A stretch of 64,000 nt of DNA from Sphingomonadales bacterium. Lineage in GTDB: Bacteria > Pseudomonadota > Alphaproteobacteria > Sphingomonadales > Sphingomonadaceae. Positions 1-8,358 of the stretch are shown here, one piece after another. The notes below the pieces were generated by a model. That model saw nothing but the letters and a program-made list of their open reading frames with translations, was not told the DNA's origin and searched no databases. Numbering within the stretch: position 1 is the stretch's first letter; each line of letters opens with the position of its first letter. Where the stretch lies: assembly GCA_038250735.1 (NCBI GenBank), contig JBBSCC010000001.1, forward strand, positions 3,229 to 67,228, written 5' to 3'. The position numbers were made by a program, and so were the translations under genes.

Positions 1-694
1 TATCCGTCAGGCCAACGCCGCGTTCAAAGGTGCGCACGAACAGGTCGCGGCCGCGCAGTTCGACAAACGACACATTGGCGCGGTTGGGCAGCCAATCGGG
101 TGCCGCCTCGCACACCGCGCCAATCGCGCTCAGCTCAGCATCATCGATGCGGTCAACAAAGCTGATCAGGTGCGGGTTCGGCATGGCAACCGCGGTGAAC
201 AGCCGCGGGCTTGCTGCGCCCACTGGCATCAGGCCCTCCAGAATCAGGCCCGGCACCGCCGCCTCCACCAGCCGGGTCGCGTTCGCCAGCGGCCAGCGCG
301 CAACCGCCAAATCGGCGGGGCCGGCCGTCTCCCGCACCGTGTACACGCCCGGGGCCAGCGGCGGATCAGCCGCCACATCGGCGCTGGTCGTCTTCAGCCG
401 CACCGTTGCCTGGTCAATCCCCAACGCCGCGAACCCCGCCCGCGCCACGCAGCGCAAGCCGTTCAGGCACGTCTCTGCTTCCGATCCGTCGGCGTTGAAC
501 ATCCGCATGCCAAATGCCTGCGCGCCCGCCCCGCTGGTCAGCAACAGCAAGCCATCGCTGCCCACCGGCCCTGCACGATTGGAAAGCACGCGCGCGACCA
601 TGCCCCATTCGGCATCGCTCAACGCCACCGTGCGCGCATCAATCAGCGGAAAGTCATTGCCCGATCCGTGGCATTTGATGAAATCGATCTGCAT
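1..694 (-). CDS. Diaminopimelate epimerase (DapF) family protein, partial (C-terminus lies beyond the left edge)
   Basis: Hand translation of the minus strand from ATG at 694 (cat 692-694) is open to position 1. It reads MQIDFIKCHGSGNDFPLID...MFNADGSEAETCLNG...AMPNPHLISFV...FVRTFERGVGLT. These match the DapF hallmarks HG.GNDF, FNADGSE..CGNG (catalytic Cys region), GNPH and ERG.G.T. It is absent from the ORF track because there is no stop in the window. Confidence 0.8.
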   Translation of the reverse strand, partial: MQIDFIKCHGSGNDFPLIDARTVALSDAEWGMVARVLSNRAGPVGSDGLLLLTSGAGAQAFGMRMFNADGSEAETCLNGLRCVARAGFAALGIDQATVRLKTTSADVAADPPLAPGVYTVRETAGPADLAVARWPLANATRLVEAAVPGLILEGLMPVGAASPRLFTAVAMPNPHLISFVDRIDDAELSAIGAVCEAAPDWLPNRANVSFVELRGRDLFVRTFERGVGLTD

Positions 695-748
695 GGCGGG
701 CAATATAGGGCGTTGTTGGTCAAATGTCCGCAACGCCCATGCCGGGCC

Positions 749-1141
749 TCATTTCGGGGCGGGCGGCAAAAAGTGATAAGCGCACAATTTGTTGCCATCC
801 ATATCGCGGAAATAGGCGAAATAGGCAGGCGATGCGTCGCCACCGCGCGCGCCGGGATCGCCCTCGTTCGCGGCCCCCAGTTCCAGCGCCTTGGCATGGA
901 ATGCGGCCACCGCCTCGCGGCTTTCCAGCCCGAATCCCGCCAGCGTGCCATTGCCGATTGTCGCGTCATTCCCATCATAGGGCCCCAGCACGCCAAACAG
1001 GCTTTTGCCCGGCCGCCCGTATAGCCGCCCGCCGCTGGGGTGGTTGAAGAACGTCTTCATCCCGATGGATTCAAGCAGTGGATCGTAAAAGGCCTTTGCG
1101 GCTTCCAGATTGTTCGATCCGACCGTGGCATAATTCAGCAT
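749..1141 (-). CDS. VOC (glyoxalase/bleomycin-resistance/dioxygenase) family protein
   Basis: 130-aa ORF. N-terminus MLNYATVGSNNLEAAKAFYDPLL and C-terminal YFRDMDGNKL are typical of small VOC-fold proteins. Codon usage is normal for a GC-rich genome. Confidence 0.8.
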   Translation of the reverse strand: MLNYATVGSNNLEAAKAFYDPLLESIGMKTFFNHPSGGRLYGRPGKSLFGVLGPYDGNDATIGNGTLAGFGLESREAVAAFHAKALELGAANEGDPGARGGDASPAYFAYFRDMDGNKLCAYHFLPPAPK

Positions 1142-1171
1142 GGCAATATCCTTATTGGGTGGGGCAAAGCA

Positions 1172-1834
1172 TCAGGCGAGCGACGCAGCGAGTGCCTTTT
1201 CAGCGGCCACAATGGGCGTAAAGCTTGGCCGCGCCAAAATGGCCGCGACATAGGCCGCCGTGCGCGGCCAGCGCGCCGGATCGATCACCAGATTGGCGTG
1301 ATCCAGGTTCACAAACGGGCTGCATACAGAAATATCCGCCAGCGTGATCCGGTCCTCGACCAGAAAGCCGCTCGGCGGGATAACCCCTTCCAGATAATCG
1401 AGCAGCGGCGGCAATTCGACATCGGCGGCGTTGGCCGCAATCGATTCGTCAAACGGGCGCTTCAGCAGCTTGGGCAGTAAAAACCGGTGCGAGAATATCT
1501 TGGCGGCAACCGCAAAGAAGATCGAATCGGCGAATTCTTCAAACCAGATCGTGCGGGCATGGGCGATGGGCGCGGTGGGAATCATGTTTGCGTCAGGGAA
1601 TTTGGCTTCCAGATACGCGCAGATCGCAGTTGAATCGGAAATGCAGAAATCCTGGCCATTATCCGCGCCGGGATCGCGAAAGCCGGGGATTTTGCCAAAC
1701 GGGCTCGCCTCGGCAAAATGCGGACCGCCCTGGCCAAGCCCGGCACGCTCCAACGTCAGCGTCAGGCCTTTTTCGGCGCCAAATGCCATCACCTTGCGGA
1801 CGAAGGGGGAAATGGTGGAACCGTACACGATCAT
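1172..1834 (-). CDS. Glutathione S-transferase family protein
   Basis: Start chosen at the internal ATG 1834 (MIVYGSTISPFVRKV...), preceded by AAGGAGAG. It has a thioredoxin-like N-domain (SPF, GKIP, ISDS) and a helical C-domain. The upstream 30 codons of the track ORF lack an RBS. Confidence 0.85.
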   Translation of the reverse strand: MIVYGSTISPFVRKVMAFGAEKGLTLTLERAGLGQGGPHFAEASPFGKIPGFRDPGADNGQDFCISDSTAICAYLEAKFPDANMIPTAPIAHARTIWFEEFADSIFFAVAAKIFSHRFLLPKLLKRPFDESIAANAADVELPPLLDYLEGVIPPSGFLVEDRITLADISVCSPFVNLDHANLVIDPARWPRTAAYVAAILARPSFTPIVAAEKALAASLA

Positions 1835-1945
1835 GGCCGCTCTCCTTTGATTGGGTATCGATTTGAATATCGTTTCGGCACGCGCAATACAGGGTTCAGT
1901 TGCAGATCGCCACTGTATTTGCACGCCCTCGCCAGCCGGTACGCG

Positions 1946-2431
1946 TCAGCTGAGTTGATAATGGGCGGCAATCCGGTCAAGCGCCATGCACAGCACCAGC
2001 TTGCCCGCGCGCGCTGGCCAGCCAAGCGCCTTTTCCGCGATCGGCAACCCCTCACCCGCGCACACCACGCGCCACAGCACGTCGCTTAAGCCCGGCCCGG
2101 CTGCGGCGATCGCGGCGTCAAAGCGGCGTTTGGCGGAAATTTGCGCCACCGTGGCATCATCGGCAGTGGCCGCGCCGCGCCTGCCCTTGGCGACGGGCGA
2201 GGGTTCCCACCGCATCGTCACGCTGGGGCCAAGCGATGCCATCTCGTAATCGGCGCGCAACCGCTCCCCGGCCTCCACCTGCCGTGCATCCACCAGCCCG
2301 CGCGCGGCCAGCCACGCCAGCGGCGATTCGGCCAGGTTCACCGTCACGCTGCGGCCCCGCCGCGCGCGCCCGGCCGGGGCCGCCCCCACCACGCCGAACG
2401 CGTCGATCTGCTGTTCCACCAAGTGCCGCAT
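1946..2431 (-). CDS. Hypothetical protein, DUF6456-like (recollection of family; uncertain)
   Basis: ORF 1946..2506. The probable start is ATG 2431 (MRHLVEQQIDAF...), with GGGAGA upstream. It is Arg/Ala-rich but has a coherent frame. It is divergent from the XRE gene and shares a palindrome-containing intergenic region with it. Confidence 0.55.
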   Translation of the reverse strand: MRHLVEQQIDAFGVVGAAPAGRARRGRSVTVNLAESPLAWLAARGLVDARQVEAGERLRADYEMASLGPSVTMRWEPSPVAKGRRGAATADDATVAQISAKRRFDAAIAAAGPGLSDVLWRVVCAGEGLPIAEKALGWPARAGKLVLCMALDRIAAHYQLS

Positions 2432-2497
2432 CACCCATCTCCCATCCTTGCCGAGTCGCCGGGGGGCTTGCCACAATGGACGGTTTGTAGGAAAGTG

Positions 2498-2516
2498 AAT
2501 AACCAATCTGGTTATT
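2498..2516. promoter_or_regulatory. Perfect 8-bp-arm palindrome AATAACCA-atc-TGGTTATT in a divergent promoter region (candidate operator)
   Basis: Read directly from the sequence. It lies 31 nt upstream of the XRE regulator ATG (2547), between divergent genes. Confidence 0.35.
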
Positions 2517-2546
2517 TACTCTGCCGATAACAAAGCGAGGTCCGTC

Positions 2547-3131
2547 ATGATTACCGCCATCCGCGACGTTCGCCGTGCCAAACGCATGACGCTGGAGGAT
2601 GTGGCGCGGGCCTGTGTGCCGCCCACCACGGCGCAAACCATCGGTCGGCTGGAAACCGGCACACGCACCGTCTCCGTCGGCTGGCTTAACCGTATCGCCG
2701 CTGCGCTGGGGGTGACGGCAGCCGATCTGGTCGCGCTGCCCGACCGGCCCGAAATTGCGGTTGCCGCCATTCTGGACGCCAGCGGCGCGCATGCCCCCCG
2801 GCACCACGCCGTGCTCGCACCCGTATCGGCTGCCCCCGGCATGATCGGCATCACCGTCAGCGCCAGCCTGGGCGATTACCGGGCGGGGGATAACATCTGG
2901 TGCGAAACAATTGCCCCGGCGCAGTTCGGCCAGGCGCTGAACCGCGACGTGCTGGTGCCGCGGGCAGCGGGGCGGTTCTTGTTCGGGCGGCTGATCGGGC
3001 GGGAGGCACCGGGCGCCGATGGCAGTGCGGGCAAGCTGCACCTGCTACCGCTGGGGGCTGGCAATCGCCAGCAGGTGGTGACTGACCCGGCCTGGATCGC
3101 ACAAGCCGTGCGGCTCGTCCGGTCGCTATAG
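2547..3131 (+). CDS. XRE-family helix-turn-helix transcriptional regulator with a C-terminal LexA/S24-like beta domain
   Basis: ATG is preceded by AAGCGAGG. The N-terminus RRAKRMTLEDVARACVPPTTAQTIGRLETGTRTVSVGWLNRIAAALGV is a Cro/C1-type HTH. The C-terminal half resembles the non-catalytic dimerisation fold of phage-repressor-like proteins. Confidence 0.8.
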   Translation: MITAIRDVRRAKRMTLEDVARACVPPTTAQTIGRLETGTRTVSVGWLNRIAAALGVTAADLVALPDRPEIAVAAILDASGAHAPRHHAVLAPVSAAPGMIGITVSASLGDYRAGDNIWCETIAPAQFGQALNRDVLVPRAAGRFLFGRLIGREAPGADGSAGKLHLLPLGAGNRQQVVTDPAWIAQAVRLVRSL

Positions 3132-3590
3132 CCCGGTCGTGCGGGTTGCCGTGCGACAGGCATAATCGGGGGGGAATGGTGGTGGAAGCAGTCTGTAGCG
3201 AACCCGTCTCGCCTTGAAATTCCCTGTTAGCTGGGAATTTACTGGGAAAATGTGAATTTCTCTCATTGTTTCATCGGTTCTGAAGCACAGAAAGCCCCAG
3301 AAATCTGAGGTTCTCGGGGTCATATTCCCTAAGTGTGGAACAGGGAATTCGTCGGGTCGAAACAGGGAATGATATTGCCAAGAACAGGGATGTCTGTTGG
3401 CGAAATCAGGGATCGCTAAGTGCTTTGTAAGAAAGCCCTGGCAGTCGCTCTCTTCGATTATTTCGGCATGCAATAGGAGCATCGCGAACCCGTCAATTTG
3501 ACCGAGAAGCTGCTCGGTCAGCAGATCGATGCGTCTTGAATCCTGATCTCCAAACCAGACGTCAGGCTCACATTCTTCGACGGCGGACAA
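3126..3590 (-). CDS. Doubtful hypothetical ORF (154 aa) overlapping the motif array
   Basis: This is the only ORF of 60 aa or more in the AT-rich 3132-3800 region. No recognisable motif. Its 3' half is built from the repeated CAGGGAAT motifs and it overlaps the XRE stop codon. Confidence 0.2.
   Translation of the reverse strand: MSAVEECEPDVWFGDQDSRRIDLLTEQLLGQIDGFAMLLLHAEIIEESDCQGFLTKHLAIPDFANRHPCSWQYHSLFRPDEFPVPHLGNMTPRTSDFWGFLCFRTDETMREIHIFPVNSQLTGNFKARRVRYRLLPPPFPPDYACRTATRTTGL
3216..3425. repeat. Iteron-like array of CAGGGAAT-type motifs (four direct copies at exact 22-bp spacing plus flanking direct and inverted copies)
   Basis: Direct copies: ACAGGGAAT 3340-3348 and 3362-3370, ACAGGGAT 3384-3391, TCAGGGAT 3406-3413. 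Further direct copies: CTGGGAAT 3231-3238 and CTGGGAAA 3242-3249. Inverted copies: ATTCCCTG 3219-3226 and ATTCCCTA 3324-3331. Confidence 0.6.
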
Positions 3591-3801
3591 TTCACCCTAC
3601 CCGTTCGCTGATGAAATTCGTTACCCGAGGTGATCAGCCTAGCCGATGGGATTTTGCGCACACTTGATGGCCGCATGGTATGTTGGGCGAGCGAACGACG
3701 CTAACTTTTTCGGGATGGCCACTGAATGGCCCGCAGTCGGGGCTCATTTGATCGGTTCGTTGCACCAAGGCAGGTATCGACACCGGTGCCTCGATATGTA
3801 G

Positions 3802-4773
3802 ATGAGAGAGGTGGCAGTGGTCACCAATGCGAGGCGGGGAGTAAGTGTGATGGTGCGGGCAGGTAGTACGTTGGCGAAACCTGCAATCGAAAGTTCCAGC
3901 CTATATCGACTCGAGACGCACTTCATCTCGCCAGAGATCTACCGCCGGGATGACGTTTCTGAGCGCCAAGCCAAGCTGGCGCGCATCGTATCCAACGAGA
4001 TAGTGCCGCGGCTGCTTAGGCTGCACACAGAGGCCGTTCCAGCTGCTCCACCGGTCGCAATGGTGATCGAGGCACTCGCCCCGACAAGCACCGACATCTC
4101 GGGCCTGGCCGACATTCTTCTGGGCAGTGATCTGGAGGCGGCAGCAGCATACATCCTGGTTTTGCGCGATCGCGGACTCTCGATGGACACTTTGTTCCTT
4201 GAACTGCTCGAGCCGACCGCGCGCCAGCTTGGCGTGATGTGGGAGCGCGACGAGTGCGACTTCATCGATGTGACCTTGGGCGTTGCACGGCTTCAGAAAC
4301 TGCTGGCAGTCTTCAACGACTCTTACAGCGTGCCGGCGCTGGACGAGCGTCGCCATGTTCTGATGGCGATGACACCGGGAGATCAGCATTACTTCGGTGT
4401 CAGGATGGTGGAACGGTTTCTCCTTGCCGCAGGGTGGCGGGTTCGGACCGAACTGACGGGGACGTGCGAGGACATCGCCGATGTCGCCAAGCACAATTGG
4501 TTCGCGGTCGTCGGCCTGACGGCGGGGTCAGAGCGCCAACTCGAAAGTCTGAGTGTGACGATCGCGCGGATTCGCCGGGAGTCTCGCAATCAAGCGATCG
4601 GCGTTATGGTCGGAGGCCCAATGTTCACAGCCAATCCTGCGCTCGCAGAGGATGTTGGAGCGGACGCTACGGCGCCCAATGCCCCCACGGCGGTAATCGT
4701 CGCACAGAAGCTGTTCGACGTCGCCGCGGCTACCTTTCGCGCCGGTCATCCTAACTATGGCGTGAACTTGTAA
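3802..4773 (+). CDS. Stand-alone cobalamin (B12)-binding domain protein (helical cap plus Rossmann B12-binding domain; AerR/PpaA/CarH-C-terminal-like architecture)
   Basis: B12 lower-ligand motif DxHxxG is present as GDQHYFG. It is followed by VVGLTAGSERQL (SxL-type) and IGVMVGGPMF (GG motif). No DNA-binding or catalytic domain is visible. The exact start is uncertain (ATG 3802 or a nearby GTG). Confidence 0.8.
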   Translation: MREVAVVTNARRGVSVMVRAGSTLAKPAIESSSLYRLETHFISPEIYRRDDVSERQAKLARIVSNEIVPRLLRLHTEAVPAAPPVAMVIEALAPTSTDISGLADILLGSDLEAAAAYILVLRDRGLSMDTLFLELLEPTARQLGVMWERDECDFIDVTLGVARLQKLLAVFNDSYSVPALDERRHVLMAMTPGDQHYFGVRMVERFLLAAGWRVRTELTGTCEDIADVAKHNWFAVVGLTAGSERQLESLSVTIARIRRESRNQAIGVMVGGPMFTANPALAEDVGADATAPNAPTAVIVAQKLFDVAAATFRAGHPNYGVNL

Positions 4774-4985
4774 ATGCGCATGACCGTAATCAGCCCATCT
4801 CCGATCGGTCTGCTCCTAGGGTAATCCGTCTGTCGGCTATGCGCCCCAAATTGTCGTCATTCAACGCGCTGATCGGCGTCCCTAAAACCGGACGTTCATT
4901 CAGGCTCGCAGCCACGCCCTATGAAGGTCCAGAGTTAGGGACTTACCCGCCATTCAGGTCGTTGGCGTCGAATGACGGGCTTCAG

Positions 4986-5003
4986 CAAAAGCCGACGTTC
5001 GGC
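4986..5003. repeat. Copy of a dispersed repeat core CAAAAGCCGACGTTCGGC
   Basis: An identical 18-mer recurs at 33056-33073. It contains the hairpin GCCGA-cgt-TCGGC and lies in a non-coding gap between convergent genes. Confidence 0.4.
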
Positions 5004-5182
5004 AATTCTTCGCATCGCATGGTCGAGAACGCAGGGATAGCGTGCCGCAGGCGAAAGAAGCTGACCTGAAACTGACCGAGCCAGTATCATGCTTCATCGA
5101 AGGACACCTGCAAAGTTGACGGCGCCCATGGCCGGGTGAGGCACGATTTAATACCTGCAAGTGTCAGGCGCGCTCCCCAACG

Positions 5183-5800
5183 CTATCGGAACCCCGCATC
5201 CCGTGCCAGCATCGCGGCGTGGGTGCGGTTGCGGGCACCAAGCTTGCGGCAGACCAGCTTGACGTGCAATTTCACCGTCGGTTCGCGCAGTTCGAGGTCG
5301 CGGGCAATTTCCTTATTGGCTTTGCCTTCGCACAATGCGCGAAGCACTTGTTGTTCGCGCGGCGACAATCGGTCATCAAAGGGCGTCGCCTCAGCCTCTT
5401 TCTGCATCGCCTGGAGCAGGCCGATCGGCAGGTATCGTTCGCCCGCCGCCATAAAGCGGATGGCGTTGACAAGTGACTTGGCCGGCAGGGTCTTTGGCAG
5501 AAAGCCGGCCGCACCGTATTCAATCGCCTGTTCTGCAATGCTGGCCACAGCACTTCCCGAAATGATCGCGACGGGCGTGTCGCCGACCGCAGCCTTAATC
5601 CGCCTCAGCCCTTCAAGACCGTCCATGCCGGGCATAGTGTAATCGAGCAGAATGATGGCAAACGGCCCAACTGCCGTAATTGCTGCGGCTGCTTCCTCGA
5701 CATTCGACGCGAGTTCTACGTCAAAGCCGCCTTCAGCTTCAAGATAAGAACGTAAAACGTCGCGCAGCAGGTCATGGTCATCGGCAATAAGGATCTTCAT
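5183..5800 (-). CDS. NarL/FixJ (LuxR-type) response regulator
   Basis: REC motifs ILIADDH, LLDYTMPGMDG and LPKT. C-terminal LuxR HTH LSPREQQVLRALCEGKANKEIARDLELREPTVKLHV. There is a 4-nt overlap with the upstream kinase gene. Confidence 0.95.
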   Translation of the reverse strand: MKILIADDHDLLRDVLRSYLEAEGGFDVELASNVEEAAAAITAVGPFAIILLDYTMPGMDGLEGLRRIKAAVGDTPVAIISGSAVASIAEQAIEYGAAGFLPKTLPAKSLVNAIRFMAAGERYLPIGLLQAMQKEAEATPFDDRLSPREQQVLRALCEGKANKEIARDLELREPTVKLHVKLVCRKLGARNRTHAAMLARDAGFR

Positions 5801-8247
5801 CGGGCTATCCTTGCTGCACAGGCTTCGATCGCTGCTTCGGCACCCGCGAGCAGGCTGTCGATCGAAACCGGTTTGCCAATGATGGCATCAAAGCTGTGCA
5901 GCGCCGGATTTTGCCGACCATATTGTTCGGGCAGCGCCGTGCAGAGCAGGACCGGCAAATCGGATTTCAGCCTGCGAGCTTGTGCAGCCAGTTCGGCACC
6001 GTTCGTTCCCGGCATGTCGAAATCAGTGATCAGCAAGGACCAGGCGTCGGGATCCTCGTCGATTGCCGCTAGCGCATCGCGCGCTTCGAGACATGGGCCA
6101 ACTTCGGCGCCCGCGCCTTCAAGCAGTTCGGTGAGTACATCAACGACCGCTGGATTATCATCGACGACGAGCACGGCGCGGCCTTTAAGGATATTGTTGG
6201 AGAGGGGAATCGACCGCATCTTTGGCAGCCGCGATTGTTCGGGTGGATCGAGCGGCCAGAATATGTCGAAACGGGAGCCTTTGTCTGGTTGCGAATCGAC
6301 GGCGACCCCCCCACCGGCAGCTTCGACGATGCTCTTGACGACCGCCAGTCCAAGCCCCGAGCCATTGCGCCCCTTGCCCGACCGAAAGGGTTCGAAAATG
6401 CCGGTCAGTGCCTGTTCGGCGATGCCGCCCCCGGTGTCTTCCACGCGAACCAGTGCTGCCGGGCCGACCGGCCGAAGACCGATGACGGGGCGGGCCGCTG
6501 GATCGCCGGGTAACAACCTTTCAAGCCCCACCGTGATCCGGCCGGGCTGGTCCGGGTCCATAGCATCACGGGCATTGACGAGTAGGTTGAGCAGCACCTG
6601 CATGACTTCGGTGCTGTCGGCCATCAAGCTAATCGGCTCGTCCGGCAGCCGCAGGACGATGCTGTGCTGCGGGGCAAGACTGGCCCTGAGCAATTCGACG
6701 ACATTGCGGATTTTGGTGGCCAGGTCGATCTCGCGGTTGTCAGGCGTTCGTTGGCCGAGCGACAGCATCTTGGCGACCAACGATGCGGCGTTTGCGGCAG
6801 CAGTCTGGATCCGCTCTGCCTGCCGCCGGGCGCCATTGGCAGGATCAGCGACGATCAACGCTGCCGACCCAGAGATGGCAGCGATCAGATTGTTGAAATC
6901 ATGAGCGATACCGGATGCAATCTGGCCAACCATCTCCTGCCGCTGAGAGACCAGCAACTGTTCGCGCAGCCGCGCCATTTCGCGGTCGCTGCGGTGGCGT
7001 TCGCCGACATCGCGGGTAACGCACACCAGGCCGCCGTCCGACCGCAGGGACAGCGAAATCTCTTGCCGGATTGCAGAGCCGTCGCGCCGCACGCCGATTG
7101 ATTCGCCGCGCCAACGCCCCTCGGCATTCAGAACGGGAAAGGCTTCGGCCTCAAGTCGTTCTCGCGCTTCCGGAGTATAGAGGTTTGACCAGTGCGTACC
7201 GATCAAGTCGGCGGCATCGGCATAGCCGAACAATTCGGCATGGCTGCGGTTCATAAAGATAAATTGGCCCACCGTATCGGTGATGGCGACGCCGTCATTT
7301 GATATTTCGATGGCGGCGACCTGTTCGGCCAATCGCTCACGGGTCGTATCGCGATCGGCCTCAAGGAGTTTGCGTTGGCTGGCGTCACGGATGATGGCGG
7401 CAAAACCTGTCGGATGGGCGTCATCGCCAGCGTTCCACATGCCGAGCGAAAGCTCGATTGGAAACTCGCTACCGTCACGGCGCAGTGCCGGCACCTCCAC
7501 CATGCGGCCAACCAGGCGCGACTGTCCGGTCGCCCGGACATGCGACATGCCGCCATGATGCGCGCGGCGGTGACGATCTGGGATAATGATATCGAGGCTG
7601 CTGCCCAGCACCTCGCTGGCAGTCCAGCCAAACATGCGTTCCGCCGCCCGGTTCCAATAGATGACCCGACTGTCGCTGTCGGTGCAGACAAAGGCATCGG
7701 AGGCAGTTTCGCTTATAATCTGCGAAATCTGCTGGGAATGACGCAGCCGTCGCAATTCAAGCAGATCGACGACCTGCTGCGCCATCAACTTGAGTGCCCG
7801 GCGTTCCCGCGCGTTGAGGCCACGGCGCCGACGGTCGATAATGCACAATGTCCCGATCCGCCGTCCCGATGCCAGGACCAGCGGGGCTCCTGCATAAAAG
7901 CGCATATGCGGTTCGCCGACGACCAAGGGATTGTCGGCAAAACGCGGGTCTTTTGCCGCATCGGACACGACCATGACACCGTCGCCTTCGATGGCATGGG
8001 CGCAGAACGACACGTCGCGCGCCGTTTCCGGGATATCAAGGCCGACACGCGCCTTGAACCACTGTCGGTCGGCGGCAATCAGGCTGACAAGCGCGATCGG
8101 TGTATCGAAACGGTCGGCCGCCAGTTCGGCGATTATGTCGAACTCGCGCTCCGCCGGGGTGTCGAGCACGTCGAGCGCCGACAGCGCGGCAAGCCGCGCC
8201 AGTTCTCCTTCGTTCTGGCGGTCGCTGCTGGCGTGATCGCTGCTCAA
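5797..8247 (-). CDS. Hybrid sensor histidine kinase (GAF - PAS - PAS - HisKA - HATPase_c - REC)
   Basis: N-terminal GAF (FCAH...RFYAGAPL). Two PAS modules. H-box IAHDFNNLIAAISG, N-box LLNLLVNARDAM, then DTGGGI and GSGLGLAVV. C-terminal receiver VLVVDDNP...ITDFDMPGTNG...GKP. TTG start at 8247 has GGAG upstream. Confidence 0.95.
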   Translation of the reverse strand: MSSDHASSDRQNEGELARLAALSALDVLDTPAEREFDIIAELAADRFDTPIALVSLIAADRQWFKARVGLDIPETARDVSFCAHAIEGDGVMVVSDAAKDPRFADNPLVVGEPHMRFYAGAPLVLASGRRIGTLCIIDRRRRGLNARERRALKLMAQQVVDLLELRRLRHSQQISQIISETASDAFVCTDSDSRVIYWNRAAERMFGWTASEVLGSSLDIIIPDRHRRAHHGGMSHVRATGQSRLVGRMVEVPALRRDGSEFPIELSLGMWNAGDDAHPTGFAAIIRDASQRKLLEADRDTTRERLAEQVAAIEISNDGVAITDTVGQFIFMNRSHAELFGYADAADLIGTHWSNLYTPEARERLEAEAFPVLNAEGRWRGESIGVRRDGSAIRQEISLSLRSDGGLVCVTRDVGERHRSDREMARLREQLLVSQRQEMVGQIASGIAHDFNNLIAAISGSAALIVADPANGARRQAERIQTAAANAASLVAKMLSLGQRTPDNREIDLATKIRNVVELLRASLAPQHSIVLRLPDEPISLMADSTEVMQVLLNLLVNARDAMDPDQPGRITVGLERLLPGDPAARPVIGLRPVGPAALVRVEDTGGGIAEQALTGIFEPFRSGKGRNGSGLGLAVVKSIVEAAGGGVAVDSQPDKGSRFDIFWPLDPPEQSRLPKMRSIPLSNNILKGRAVLVVDDNPAVVDVLTELLEGAGAEVGPCLEARDALAAIDEDPDAWSLLITDFDMPGTNGAELAAQARRLKSDLPVLLCTALPEQYGRQNPALHSFDAIIGKPVSIDSLLAGAEAAIEACAARIAR

Positions 8248-8272
8248 GCTGTTTGGCTCCGTGGATTGGTCG

Positions 8273-8358
8273 CTATCCTTTCGGATAGAACGTCATGGCG
8301 ACGAAGCGCGGGCAAAGGCAAGTTCCCGTCCGTAGGGGGTTCCTATACTTTCGGATAG
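8273..8358. promoter_or_regulatory. Two copies of palindrome CTATMC-tttc-GGATAG in the kinase/pilus divergent intergenic region (candidate response-regulator boxes)
   Basis: CTATCCTTTCGGATAG at 8273-8288 and CTATACTTTCGGATAG at 8343-8358, 70 bp apart. An extra CTATCC half-site lies at 8467-8472. Confidence 0.4.

Noticed and set aside
30-1024. Several long plus-strand ORFs (30..776, 170..1024, 211..498) at the left edge
   Set aside because: They are Arg/Pro/Ala-rich shadow frames opposite a minus-strand frame that translates into an unmistakable DapF-family sequence. This is typical antisense ORF noise in GC-rich DNA.
2157-3041. 294-aa minus-strand ORF overlapping the DUF6456-like and XRE genes
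   Set aside because: Low-complexity Gly/Arg/Ala/Pro sequence. It spans the divergent promoter and both better-supported genes.
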